The position numbers and the translations under genes were made by a program. A DNA stretch of 64,000 nucleotides from Isurus oxyrinchus (lineage: Eukaryota): positions 744,001 through 808,000 of the forward strand of contig JANJGN010000189.1 in NCBI GenBank assembly GCA_026770705.1, given 5' to 3'. Below the pieces are notes generated by a model. It searched no databases. It was not told the origin of the DNA and saw nothing but the letters and a program-made list of their open reading frames with translations. The first letter of the stretch is position 1; every line of letters starts with the position of its first letter. Below, piece after piece: positions 23,545-35,789 of this stretch.

Positions 23545-25740
23545 TACAACTTAACTAACAGACCAAAGACGTATTGAACTGTCTAAAAGTGATCTGTTTT
23601 TCAAAGAAATACAAGATTGTACACAGATCAAAAATGGCTGACACAAGTCACCTGATTGCTGATACTGTGAAGTTGATCACTTCTCTGGAAAGGTTCAAAT
23701 GAATTGCACTGCAGACCTGTTGCATGGAAGTTCACGCCTGGGGTGTGTCAGGGTCCACTTCAAACAGGGACACTCTTAAAAGGAAGGCATTAAAATGCAA
23801 AGTGCTGGACTTTGATCAGCTGTAGTTCAATCAAAACAGTGGGAACTGCTCACCAAGCAGAGAATCATCAGCCATTCAAAACCCCCTGTGGAGGATACAA
23901 TACCCCCGTCTCCTGTTGATTTATATCTTGAAATGCATCAAAGGTTTCAGAGATGCAAAGATAAAAAAATGGGAATATTTGGTCTATAACAATGAATGTA
24001 AAACATGCTGATCGAATTGACTTCAGGGATATACAGACAGGAGTTTAACAAACGGTTCTGCCAAGCAGATATTAGAGAAAGGAGGGGAAAAAGAAATATG
24101 GCAGTCTTCCACAAACACTGCTGGAAAAGAGCAGAAATGATTTCTCCCTCTCTCTCTCTCTGTCTGAAGCTAACAGAGTGTCTTCAACAATGTGCAAGTC
24201 TGAGCCAGATAAAATACAGGAATCTACAGAAAACCAACTAATTTAAAACAGCTTCAAACTTCACAGCCTACGCTGCAGTACAAGCAAACGACTCTTTTAA
24301 TTTTTTATTGGACTCTATAATTATNNNNNNNNNNNNNNNNNNNNNNNNNNNNNNNNNNNNNNNNNNNNNNNNNNNNNNNNNNNNNNNNNNNNNNNNNNNN
24401 NNNNNNNNNNNNNNNNNNNNNNNNNNNNNNNNNNNNNNNNNNNNNNNNNNNNNNNNNNNNNNNNNNNNNNNNNNNNNNNNNNNNNNNNNNNNNNNNNNNN
24501 NNNNNNNNNNNNNNNNNNNNNNNNNNNNNNNNNNNNNNNNNNNNNNNNNNNNNNNNNNNNNNNNNNNNNNNNNNNNNNNNNNNNNNNNNNNNNNNNNNNN
24601 NNNNNNNNNNNNNNNNNNNNNNNNNNNNNNNNNNNNNNNNNNNNNNGTCCCATTTTAATTATTTTTCCTCCAGTTAGGTAACTAATAAACTTACTCTTTC
24701 TTTGACTCCAACAAACATGGTTTAATTGGTTCATTCTTAACAATCAAAAAGACTTGTTTTGGAAATTGTATTTGGGGGAAAATATATTTTAAGCCTTTTT
24801 TTCAACCAACCATAATTACCTGTTAAACCTCTTAACCTCATTACTACTGAATTCAAAGCCCACATCTCAAAACATACAAGTTGCAAATTAGTTGTGACAG
24901 TTGTTTCAAGTTTCCCTCCAGGATTTGAACAGCTCAGCATTGTCATAACAGAGCTTCCTTCAACTTAGCCAATGAGCCAAAAATGTATTGAACTGTTTAA
25001 AGGAGACCTGTTTTTCAAAAGTACTAGATTAGGCACTGATCAAAAATGGCTGTCACGAGTCACCTGATTGCTGATACTGCAAACTTGATCACTTCTCTGG
25101 AAAGCTTCAAATGAATTGCACTACAGACATGTTGCATGAAAGTTCTCACTGAGGTGTGTCAGGGTCCACTTGAAACAGGGGCTCCCTTAAAAATGCAAAG
25201 CGCTGGACTCTGATCACTGTAGGTCTATCAAGCTAATGGGAACTGCTCACCATGCAGATATTCATCAATCATTCAAAACCCCTTGTGGAGGATGAAATGC
25301 CTCTATCTCCTGTTGATTTATATCTTGAAATGCATCAAATGTTTCAGAGATGCAAAGATCAAAAAAGGGATTACTTGGTCTGCGACAATGAATGCAAGAC
25401 ATGCTGATCGAATTCCCTTTGGGAATATACAGACAGGAGTTTAACAACAGGTTCTGTCAAGCAGATATAAGAAAAAGTAGGAGGAAAAAGAAAGATGGCA
25501 GTCATCCAAAAACACTGCTGGAAAAGAGCAGAAATTCTCTCTCTCTCTCTCTCTCTTTCTGAAGCTAACAGAGCGTCTTCAACAAAATGCAAATCTGAAT
25601 CAAATCACCACCAGGATGCCACAGGTAACCAATTAACTTTGAACAGCTGCAAACATCAAAAATCTACACCTCAAAGACAAGCAATTGTATTAATCATATA
25701 TTCTTTTAAATTTTTATTGGACTCTAACTTTTTAATTATG
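23545..25740. repeat. Two diverged direct copies of a ~0.8-kb LTR-like unit (23545-24324 and 24955-25740)
   Basis: Colinear similarity, e.g. gatcaaaaatggctg...cacctgattgctgatactg in both. Confidence 0.8.
24325..24646. other. Assembly gap
   Basis: N run. Confidence 1.
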
Positions 25741-26089
25741 ACTTGTGTGTCTGTGTGTGTATCTGTCTGTCTGCTTCTGTGAGTCAGTGTGTGTCTGTGT
25801 GTGTGTGTCTGGGTGAACATGTGTGAGTGAGTGTGTGTCTGTCTATGTACCCTTGTGAGTGAGTGTGTGTGTGTGTGTACCTGTGTGCGTGTGGATTGTC
25901 GCTTCTTTATTATTAACGTTATTTAAAAATAGTGATCACACAAGCCTGGCTCCTAAGGAGATGAAACTGCAAACAATTTACAGTAAAGTGAAATGTACAG
26001 GAATAATCTATTTATTTTGAGTTGATGATATATAATTATACATGAGGCATGTTGCTATTTTCAAACATCATCTGAAATATGGTAGGTTT

Positions 26090-26520
26090 GACAGAGCAGC
26101 ATTCCCTCAGTGCCCACCCTCTGACAGTGCAGCACTCCCTCAGAATTGACCCTTTGAGAGTGCAGCACTCCTTCAGTATTGACCCTCTGGGAGTGCAGCA
26201 CTCCCTCAGCACTGACCCTCTGGGAGTGCAGCTCTCCCTCAGTACTGACCCTCTGGAAGTGCAGCACTCCCTCAGTGCTAACCCTCCAACAGTGCAGCAC
26301 TCCCTCAGTACTGACCCTCTGACAGTGCAGCACTCCCTAAGTACTGACCTTCTGACAGTTCAGCACTGCCTCAGTACTGACCCTTTGACAGAGCAGGGTC
26401 TCCCTCAGTACTGACCTCCTGACAGCGCAGCACTCCCTCAATATTGACCCTCTGACAGTGCAGCACTCCCTCAATATTGACCCTCCAACAGTGCAGCACT
26501 CCCTCAGCACTCCCTCACTG
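26090..26520. repeat. 33-bp minisatellite (opposite orientation)
   Basis: cagtgcagcactccctcagtactgaccctctga units. Confidence 0.95.
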
Positions 26521-27047
26521 GGGAGAGTCCATCTGGGTTTTGAGCTGAAACCTTGAGACGGTTTGAAAACCCCAACCTGCTGTCTTGGAGAGAGAGAGAG
26601 AGAGAGTGAGTGCGTGTGTGAGAAAGAGAGACAATGTGTGTGTGAGAGAGTGGCAGTGCGTATGTGTGCGAGAGAGAAGGATAGAGAGAAAGAGAAAATG
26701 TGTGAGAGAGCAAAAGAGAGGTAGAGTGTGTGTGCATGAGAGAGTGAGGTAGCTGAATTGTGTGAGAGAGAGAGTGTGTGTGAGAGAAAGGGAATGTCTG
26801 TGTTAGAGAGAGAGCTTATGTGTGAGAGAGAAAGAAAGAGAGAGAATCTGTGGGTGTTAGATAGTGTGTGTGTGAAAGAGAGAGTGTGTATGTGAGAGAC
26901 CGTGTGCGTGAGAGCGTGTGTGTGTGTGTTTGAGAGAGAGGGTGTATGTGTTTGAGAGAAGGAGTGTGCGAGAGAGGGTGTGTGTATTTGAGAGGGAGTG
27001 TGTGTGTTTAAAAGAATGAACAAGAGAAAATGTGTGTACGTGTGTGT

Positions 27048-27083
<36 letters not shown>

Positions 27084-27109
27084 ATTCTGACTGAGCCGAG
27101 TTCACAGTT

Positions 27110-27521
27110 ACACACGTTGCTAGGGACCACTTTTCCGCCTCTCTGTCAGACTGTGTGTATCTGACAGCAGGTCAGGCAGAAATAGTCCAGAATGCGCTGT
27201 GGTTTTGTAGCATTGAAACAACGACATGAACTAAATGCGTGCTGCACCAAATAAAGACATGGAGTTACCACACCAAAAAACCACGTGACTTCCCCAGTTT
27301 CACATCTCTCTCAAACACAGGAAAACTGGGTTAACACTGACCCTCCTCCCAGAGCCAGTTCACCTCGTGTCCGATGCAGTCAGGAGAGGAAGATCATCTC
27401 TCCTCCGATCCTGCTAAACTGAACATTTCCAGAATTAGATCAGCTCCCTGAAGTGTCTCCAGTTAGACATTCATCTGACAGGATTGACTCTACAACCCTG
27501 GGGACTCATTCTCCTGTAAGT
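27110..27521 (+). promoter_or_regulatory. Candidate gene B promoter / non-coding first exon (donor after 27515)
   Basis: tgtggtt (RUNX), cacgtgac (E-box), acttcccc and caggaaa (Ets-like), then cct|gtaagt, 2.5 kb upstream of the leader exon. Confidence 0.4.
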
Positions 27522-27574
27522 AAAACACTTGCTGCTCCTGTCAAATCTCTTCTGTACAGCATGGTCTCTGGATG

Positions 27575-27838
27575 TCCCAGAACACTTTACAGTTGAGTTC
27601 ACCCTTTTTTCGAAGTGTGGTTACTGTTGTAATGTAGGAAACGCAGCAGCCAATTAGCGCACAGCAAGCTCCCACAAACAGCAATGTGATCACCTGTTTT
27701 TGGTGATGTTGGTTGAGGGATAAATATTGGTCCCAGGACACCGGGGAGATCTCCCCCCTGCTCTTCCTCCAAATAGTGGCTGTGGGATCTTTCACACTCG
27801 CCCGAGAGGGCAGACGGGGGACTCGGTTTAATGTCTAA
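27575..27838 (-). mobile_element. Deu-type SINE fragment
   Basis: Matches 63470-63720 and 61040-61400. Confidence 0.75.
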
Positions 27839-28604
27839 TATTGGACTAATCTCCAGGCGAGGTTGGCTGGATGGATTATTGACAAGGTCCATTCACCCTG
27901 TAAAGAGTTTCTCTGGTTTGAAATACCCGATCAAACATCGAGTTCTGTGTCTAAACCTTGTGTTGAAAAGACACCTTTCCAGCTCTTCACCTGCCATTAG
28001 CTTGTTGAGTCTTCACACGCTCCGTCTGTCCGTGACCAACCCCTCTTAGCTCATCCTTTCCTTGTCGTACATCGAGCTGTTCATCCTGACGGGTTCCATC
28101 CTTCCCAGTAACACTCCATCTCCGACATCAAACTAACTCCCAACACGTTGATGAATTGTATGGATTCCAGCGTCAGTTGGTTCTGTCTGAGGCTGTTTCT
28201 CTGATCGGGGACCGAGCTGTTCTGAACGGACATTGTGTTCAGCAGTTCTTATTGCAGATCAGGCTGTTCAACCAATGCTGCTGTTCACTGAGGTGACTCC
28301 GATTCTACATTCACACATTAATGATCTCATGTCCAGCAGCAAACATCTGAATGAAGCCAGGTTCAAGAAAAAACCCAGCTGCTTGATCCGACAGTTATCT
28401 GTTCAGGCATGGCCCCTTGTTCCAAATAACAAACATTATTTAAAAATAGTCATCACATGAGCCTGGTTAACAAGGAAATGAAACCATGAACAATTTGCAG
28501 TAAAGTGAAACATACAGGACTAATCTATTTATATTGAGCTGATGATATAGAATTTTAGATGAGGCATGTTGCTAATTTCAAACATCATCTGAATTACGGT
28601 AGTT

Positions 28605-29035
28605 CTGACAGTGCAGCACTCCCTCAGTACTGACCCTTTGACAGTGCAGCACTCCCTCAGTACTGACCCTCTGACAGTGCAGCACTCCCTCAGTACTGAC
28701 CCTCCGACAGTGCAGCACTCCCTCAGTACTGACCCTCTGACAGTGCAGCACTCCCTCAGTACTGACACTCTGACAGTGCAGCACTCCCTCAGTACTGATC
28801 CTCTGACCGTGCAGCACTCCCTCAGTACTGACACTCTGACAGTGCAGCACTCCCTTAGTACTGACCCATTGACAGTACAGCACTCCCTCAGTACTGACCC
28901 TCTGACTGTACAGCACTCCCTCAGTACTGACCCTCTGACAGTGCAGCACTCCCTCAGCCCTGACCCTCTGACAGTGCAGCACTCCCTCAGCACTGACCCT
29001 CTGACAGTGCAGCACCCCCTGAGCACTCCCTCACT
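28605..29035. repeat. 33-bp minisatellite
   Basis: ~13 units. Confidence 0.95.
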
Positions 29036-29099
29036 GGGGAGAATCTGCCTGGGTTTTGAGCTGAAATCATGAGCAGGTCTTAAATCCTTCCGTATCAGA

Positions 29100-29775
29100 G
29101 AGAAGAGGGAGAGAGTGTGAGAGAGAGAGAGAAAGAGAGGGAGAGAGAGACAGTGTGAGAGAGAAAAAGAGATAGAGAGAGTGTGTGCATGTGTGAGGGA
29201 GAGTGTGTGTGTATGAGGGAGAGAGTGTGCATGTGAGAGAGAGTGTGTTTGAGAGAGAGTGTGTGTGAGGGAGAGAATGCGTGTGTGAGAGAGAGTGTTT
29301 GAGACAGAGAGGGTGCTTGTGTGTGAGAGAGAATGTGCGAGAGAGAGAGAGGGTACTTGTGTGTGAGAGAGAGAAAGAGGGAGACAGCAGAAGAGCGAGA
29401 TAGAGAGAAATGGTGAAAGTTTGAGAGAGAGAGAATGAGTGTGTTTGAGAGAGAGAGATAGAGCAGAAGAGTGCGATAGAGAGATTGTGAGAGTTAGAGA
29501 GAGAATGTGTGTGTGAGAGAGAGAGAGAGATAGAGCAGAAGAGTGTGATAGAGAGAGATTGTGAGTGTTAGAGAGAGAATGTGTGTGTGTGTGAGAGAGA
29601 TAGAGCAGAAGAGTGTGATAGAGAGAGATTGTGAGTGTTAGAGAGAGAATGTGTGTGTGTGAGAGAGAGATAGAGCAGAAGAGTGTGATAGAGAGAGATT
29701 GTGAGTGTTAGAGAGAGAATGTGTGTGTGAGAGAGAGAGATAGAGCAGAAGAGTGTGATAGATAGAGATTGTGAG
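29100..29775. repeat. GA/GT-rich compound repeat with higher-order units
   Basis: gatagagcagaagagtgtgatagagagagattgtgagtgttagagagagaatgtgtg repeated. Confidence 0.9.
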
Positions 29776-30042
29776 GGCTAAACTCACTCAGAGAAAAAGC
29801 TGGACACCCAGCACAGGGAGTGAGGGAACAATGAATTTTTGCCGTCTTTGGTGAATCGGTTTGCGATGTCCCTTCTCAATCTCTCCTTCCTTGTCTTGAC
29901 ATTAGTTTATTCCCTGGGGCTGTTTAATTCCCTGAAAGGTGCCATTTAAACACAAGTTGTTGTTGTTTGAGGAAGAAACGCTGGGGACAATTTATGAAAA
30001 AGTCTCTGTCTTTATCATTTCCATTTAGATGAGGAACTGAAG

Positions 30043-30088
30043 ATGGGAGAGGTCGGTCTGATATTGATCTTCATCAGCTTGCTGCAAG
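30043..30088 (+). CDS. Gene B leader exon MGEVGLILIFISLLQ (exon starts 30029)
   Basis: ccatttag| acceptor, aagATGg context, phase-1 donor caag|gtac. Confidence 0.85.
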
Positions 30089-30404
30089 GTACAAATTCAT
30101 TACTGATCGGAACTCAGGGAATTGGATTCTTTCCTGGAGTGAGGAAGTGAACATTTAATTTTAGAGAACAGGGTTAGTGATCACACAGAGAGTGAGTGAT
30201 TAGCGAGTCAGAGAATATAGCAAAAGCAAAAGTCTCATATGGACTCGAAACACCAACTCTGTTCATCTCTCCACAGATGCTGTCAGACCTGCTGAGTTTT
30301 TCCAGCATTTTCTGTTTGTGCATCAGAGAGCTTGTTTCAATAGGAATGACAGTGCATTTATATAGCACCTTTAATGCAGTAAAACATCCTTATTGCTTCA
30401 CAGG

Positions 30405-30860
30405 ATTCCCCCACAAGGGGTAACATCCCCTCAGCATCCACCCTGTCAAACCACCCACCACCTCAGAATCTTATATGTTTCAATAAGATCACCTCTCATT
30501 CTTCTAAACTCCAATGGATACAGGGCCCAACCTGCTCAACATTTCCTCATAAGACAAACCCCCTTCATCCCAGGAATCAGCCCAGTGAACCTCCTCTGAA
30601 CTGCCTCCAATGCAGAGTCTATCCCTCCCTAAGTAAGGAGACCAGAACTGTACACACTGCTCCTGATACAATCTCACCAACGCCCTGTACAGTTGTAGCA
30701 AGACTTCCCTCCTTTTATACTCCATCCCTTTGCAATAAAGGCCAACATTCCACTTGCCTTCCTCATTCCGTGCTGTTCCTGAATGCTGACTTTCTGTGAT
30801 TCATGTACAAGGACACCCAGATCCCTCTGTGTCGCATTCTGTAGACTCTCTCCATTGAAG
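30405..30860 (-). mobile_element. CR1 LINE fragment
   Basis: MEYKRREVLLQLYRALVR..CVQFWSPY. Confidence 0.9.
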
Positions 30861-30908
30861 TAATATTCTGCTTTTTGATGTCCTGTCCCCTCCCTTGTTG
30901 CCTTTCAG

Positions 30909-31265
30909 GAGTGACGTCAGAGGGATGGTCTATGAAGGCACTGTCTCGGAGGGCCATCAGCAGCTCTTGTGTGGTTATTCCGTGTAGCTTTGACTTTCCT
31001 TCCCACTCTTACACAGCACTGCATGGAGCTTGGTATAAATATTGGTATAGATGGAAATATACCATCACATACACCAAAGATCCCAACTATGCGATGGCCA
31101 CATTCGTGGGACGTGCTAAAATAATCGGTGACTTGGAAGGGAAGAATTGTTCGGTGAGGATTGACAGTCTCAGAGCTGAAGACAGTGATGTGTATTACTT
31201 CTACGTGGATGCGGAGGGCTACACAGATCACACTTTTACACAACCAGTCCAACTCCAGGTTCTTG
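30909..31265 (+). CDS. Gene B MAG-like Siglec V-set exon, essential Arg replaced by Tyr
   Basis: 357 nt, phase 1/1; SCVVIPCSFDFP..LHGAWY..FVGRAKIIGDLEGKNCSV..YYFYVDAEGYTDHTF. Confidence 0.92.
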
Positions 31266-31397
31266 GTAAGTCCCAGTTCCTTTCACACTCAGTCTATCAG
31301 CACAAGGGGGTCATGTTCTCATCTCAGAGCCAGGCAGTCATGGGTTGAATTCCTGCTCCAGGAGATGTCAGAACAAAGTCCAGTATGTGATCTGGTG

Positions 31398-31816
31398 CAG
31401 TACTGAGGGAGTTCCACACTGTCAGAGGGTCAGTAATGAGGGAGTGCTGCACTGTCGGAGGGTCAGTACTGAGGGAGTGCTGCACTGTCAGAGGGTCAGT
31501 ACTGAGCGAGTGCCACACTGTCAGAGCATCAGTACTGCGGGAGTGCTGCACTGTCGGACGGTCAGTACTGAGGGAGTGCTACACTGTCGGAGGGTGAGTA
31601 CTGAGGGAGTGCTGCACTGTCACCGGGTCAGTACTGATGGAGTGCTGTACTGTCGGAGGGTCAGTACTGAGGGAGTGCTGCACTGTCGGAGGGTCAGTAC
31701 TGATGGAGTGCTGTACTGTCGGAGGGTCAGTACAGGGGGAGTTCTGCACTGTCGGAGGGTGAGTACCGAGGGGGTGCTGCACCTTTGGGGGGTCAGTATT
31801 GAGGGAGTGCTGCACC
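31398..31816. repeat. 33-bp minisatellite
   Basis: Tandem units. Confidence 0.95.
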
Positions 31817-31994
31817 ATTGGGGGGGTCTTTGCCGAGTGAGTGCTGCTCTGTCTGAGAATCATCACTTGTATCAAAACATTTTTAACTTTACTGTTGTTC
31901 CCACTTCAGCTGCAACTGCTCCACATCCCCATGTGTTAACTGGAGCATGTCAGCCTGGAGTTACGTGGAATTGCAGAGCAGAATCTGCTCTCAC

Positions 31995-33310
31995 ACATTG
32001 AAGCTGGCAATCGCTAAGTGTCCCTCAGTGATGATGTTTTCTGATGGAATGAAACTTGGCAAAGCCGTGGGTAGTGATAAGGAGAGATTGGGCATGAGAG
32101 GGGCAGGATCAGTGTGAGGTGGGCAGACACATGGCTGATGCAGTTCAGCGCAGTGTCGTGTGAAGTGACGCACTTTGTCAGGATGAATACAGACAGATAT
32201 TGGACAGTAATGATTTGGACAGGTGTAGGTGAGCAGAGACCTGGGCGTCTCTCTGCACTCATTCTGAAAGTTTAAAGGACAACTTGTTGAGGTGATGAAG
32301 AAAGAAAATGTCTTCCTTGTGTTAACAGACTGAGGAACCCAGTTAAAAGCAAAGAGATCATGCGGGAACTTTATAAATCACTGGTTAGAACTCAGCTGGA
32401 ATATTGTTCAGAACGCTGGGCCTCCACACTTCAGGAAAGATGTAAGAGCTTCAGAAAGGGTGTCCAAGAGGACAAAACTGTAAAAACTGGGACATAAGAG
32501 TCCTGCTCCAAACTGGTCTTGTATAGCTTAACATATAACAGTGGTAAAACTGGGAAATAAGAGTACTGGTCCAAACTGGTCTTGCATAGCTTAATATAGA
32601 ACACCAGTTAAACTGGGAAATAAGAGTACTGGTCCAAACTGGTCTTGTATAGAATAATATAGAACACCAGTGAAACTGCGAGATAAGAGTCCTGGTCCAA
32701 ACTGGTCTTGTATAGAATAATATAGAACACCAGTGAAACTGCGAGATAAGAGTCCTGGTCCAAACTGGTCTTGTATAGAATAATATAGAACACCAGTAAA
32801 ACTGCGAGATAAGAGTACTGATCTGAACTGATTTTTTGCTTCTGGGTGGAGAGGAGATTGAGCAGAATGGGTCCAGGGATGAGGGCTTTTAGCTACAAGG
32901 TTGGGTTGGAGGAGCTGGGGTTGTTCTCCTTGGAACAAAGGAGATTGAGGGGGGATCTGATCGAGGTGTACAAGATGATGATGGGTTTAGATAAGGTAGA
33001 CGAAGAGAAGATGTTGCCATTAGCTGATGGTACAAGGACCGGGGGACACAGATTGAAGGTTGTGGGTGGGGGGCGATGTGAGGAGGAACTTTTTTACACA
33101 GCGAGTGGTAATGAGCTGGAACTCGCTGCCTACGAGGATGGTGGAAGTGGAGACGATGAACAATTTCAAAAGGAAATTGGACGGACAATTGGAAATAAAC
33201 TCACAGGGATACGAGGACAGAGCGGGGGGAATGGGACTGATTGGATTGCTCTACAGAGAGACAGCATGAACTGGATGGGCCAATGGCCTCCTTCTGTGTT
33301 CTGAGTGTCT
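31995..33310 (+). mobile_element. Degraded CR1 LINE 3' part
   Basis: LYKSLVRTQLEYC; LGLFSLEQRRLRGDLIEVYK; FFTQRVV..WNSLP. Confidence 0.85.
32480..32825. repeat. 63-bp tandem repeat (~5.5 copies) inside LINE
   Basis: aaactggtcttgtatagaataatatagaacaccagtgaaactgcgagataagagtcctggtcc. Confidence 0.9.
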
Positions 33311-33389
33311 GTGACCCTATTGAAAAATCAGAGGACAAATACAAATTGTTTTCTGCTTGTCAGTTAACATCTGGAACTTTCTATTACAG

Positions 33390-33677
33390 ATGCTCCAGAT
33401 AAGCCAGTTATTGTGCTCCTGAAGGATTTACAGGAGGGGACTCCTGCACATATCATCTGTAAATGCCTCTACACCTGCCCTGATAACCACCCCAATCTAA
33501 CCTGGAGTGAATTGCTGACTTCATCGGTCAGCAACATTACAGAGAACGGTGGTGAGGTTTCCGCTCTACTGACCTTTAACCCTTCGTTCAAGCATCATGG
33601 ACGAACTCTCCGCTGTACGTGCGACTACCCTCAAACCAGCCATCGAGTGGTCAGCTCCGTTACTCTGAGTGTAAAGT
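33390..33677 (+). CDS. Gene B Siglec domain-2 exon
   Basis: 288 nt, phase 1/1; DAPDKPVI..ICKCLYTCPDNHPNLTW..LTFNPSFKHHGRTLRCTCDYP. Confidence 0.92.
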
Positions 33678-34185
33678 GTAAGTATTGATTAGAACATCAT
33701 GCTTGTGATGGAGGGGGAGTCGGTCTCCTATTAAATCAGGCATTGGAGAAGGCGCAAGTTGGATTGACAAGGATGATTCCAGAACTGAGAGGTTATAACT
33801 ATCAGGAAAGACTGAACAAGCTGGGATTCTTTTCTCTAGAAAAGAGAAGGCTGAGGGGGTGACCTCATCGAGGTCCTTAAAATGGTGAAAGGGTTTCGAT
33901 AGGGTAGATGTAGAGAAGATGTTTCCACTTGTCGGAGTGACGAAGAGTTAGGGGCCATCAATATAAGATCATCACTAATAAAATGGTGCACACTGCTAAC
34001 AATGTGCGTTCATGGTGGAGGGAGTGAATGTTGAAGATGGTGGGTGGGATGCCAATCAATCGGGCTGCTTTGTCCTGGATGGTGTCGAGCTTCTTGAGTG
34101 TTGTTGGAGCCGCACTCATCCCGGCAACTGGAGAGAATTCCATCACACTCAGTGTTTAATGTGTTGATAATTTTGTATTTGAAAG

Positions 34186-34443
34186 ATTCTCCTCACAACA
34201 CGTCTGTCAGGATGATACTGGAAAAAGGAAAGGTGATTTCTCTAAGTTGTTCCAGTGACGGGAATCCAGCAGTCCACAATTTCACCTGGTTTAAGATCTC
34301 CCAAGGAAAGGTGATGAATCTCGCGCTCGCTGGTCAAACTATTACAGTTCCTTATGGATTCGATGAGGAAATCTCCTACTACTGTGAAGCAACAAGTATC
34401 CTGGGCAGTTCCCAGTCTCTGCCCATTAGAATTCCCACTGAAT
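34186..34443 (+). CDS. Gene B C2-set exon (CD22-like)
   Basis: 258 nt, phase 1/1; YSPHNTSV..SLSCSSDGNPAVHNFTWFK..YYCEATSILGSSQS. Confidence 0.9.
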
Positions 34444-35039
34444 GTGAGTAATTTCAATCCTGACTTTTAAACAATTCCACATCTTGTCCAAACTCCGAGG
34501 TGAACCAAATCTCCCCTTGGGTGTTGCTGAAAACATGCTGTCGAAGGTTTCAATCCTCGTCAGGACAGAGTCACGAGAAAACCCAATCTCAAAGGGAACA
34601 GCCATTTCTGATGCGGGGGAAGAGGGCGTGCTGATTGGCTGGCAAGTCGACATTTCTCCACAGTTTGTTCACAATTCTCAGTGATGGTCACCATGAAACT
34701 ACCAGATTGTTGTAAAAACCCATCTGGGCCAGTAATCTCCTTTAGGGAGGGAATTCTGCCATCCTTACCCGGTCTGGCCTACATGTGACTCCTGACCCAC
34801 AGCCATGTGGGGGAATCTTAACTGCCCCTCTGAATGGGCCGGGCATGCCACTCAGTTGTATTCGAGCGGGCGGCTCACCACCGCCTTCTCAAGGGGCAAC
34901 TAGGGATGGGCAATAAACGCTGGCCCTGCCAGTGATGCCCACATTACTGAATGAATTCCAATAGAAGAGGAATCCTCCCATTCTAGAGATTGGCGATCCA
35001 TACACTGGGCTGACATTCCCAGTCATTCAATAATCAGCC

Positions 35040-35770
35040 TGTTCCCCCATTCAATCAGATCACGGCTGGTCTGTATATTAACCCCATCCACCCAGCTCGG
35101 TTCCTTAAACCTTAAACACCCCCGGACCCAACAGAAATCTCCCAATGTCAGTTTTGAAATTTACAATTGACCCCTCCCAGCCTCGACAGCTTTTTCTGGG
35201 GGAGAGAGTTCCAGATTTCCACCCCCCCTTTGTGTGAAGAATTGCTTCCTGACATCACCCCCTGAACGGCCTGGCTCCAATTTTAAGATTCTGCCCCCTT
35301 GTTCTGGACCCCCCCTCACCTCACCCCCACCCCCACCCCCCACCCCCACCCTCACGCCCACCCCCACCCCCACCCCCCACCCCCACCCCCACCCCAACCC
35401 CCTCACCTCACCCCCACCACCAGGGGAAATAGTTTCTCTCTATCGACCCCATCAAATCCTTTAATCATCTTAAACCCCTCGATTAGATCACCCCTTAATC
35501 TTCAAGACTCGAGGGAACACAAGCCTGGTCTGTGCAACCTGTCCTCAGAATTTAACCCTTTCAGCCCCGGGATCGTTCTGGTGACTCTGGGCTGCAGCCC
35601 CTCGGAGGGCAATATACCCTCCCTGAGGGGCGGGACCCACAACTGAAGCCACTAACTGCAGGTGGGCTCTGAGCAGAGATTTATAACCTGACGCATCTCT
35701 CCGAGCCTCTTTGTATTCCCACTTCCTTGGGGTAAAGGCCCCTATTCCATCTGAATTCTCTATTGCTACG
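35040..35770 (-). mobile_element. CR1 LINE 3' fragment with C-rich expansion
   Basis: Inverted copy of 21910-22420. Confidence 0.85.
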
Positions 35771-35789
35771 GTGTGACTGACACGGGATA

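Noticed and set aside
28605-29035. CRISPR-like regular repeats
   Set aside because: Head-to-tail units with no unique spacers, vertebrate context, no cas genes
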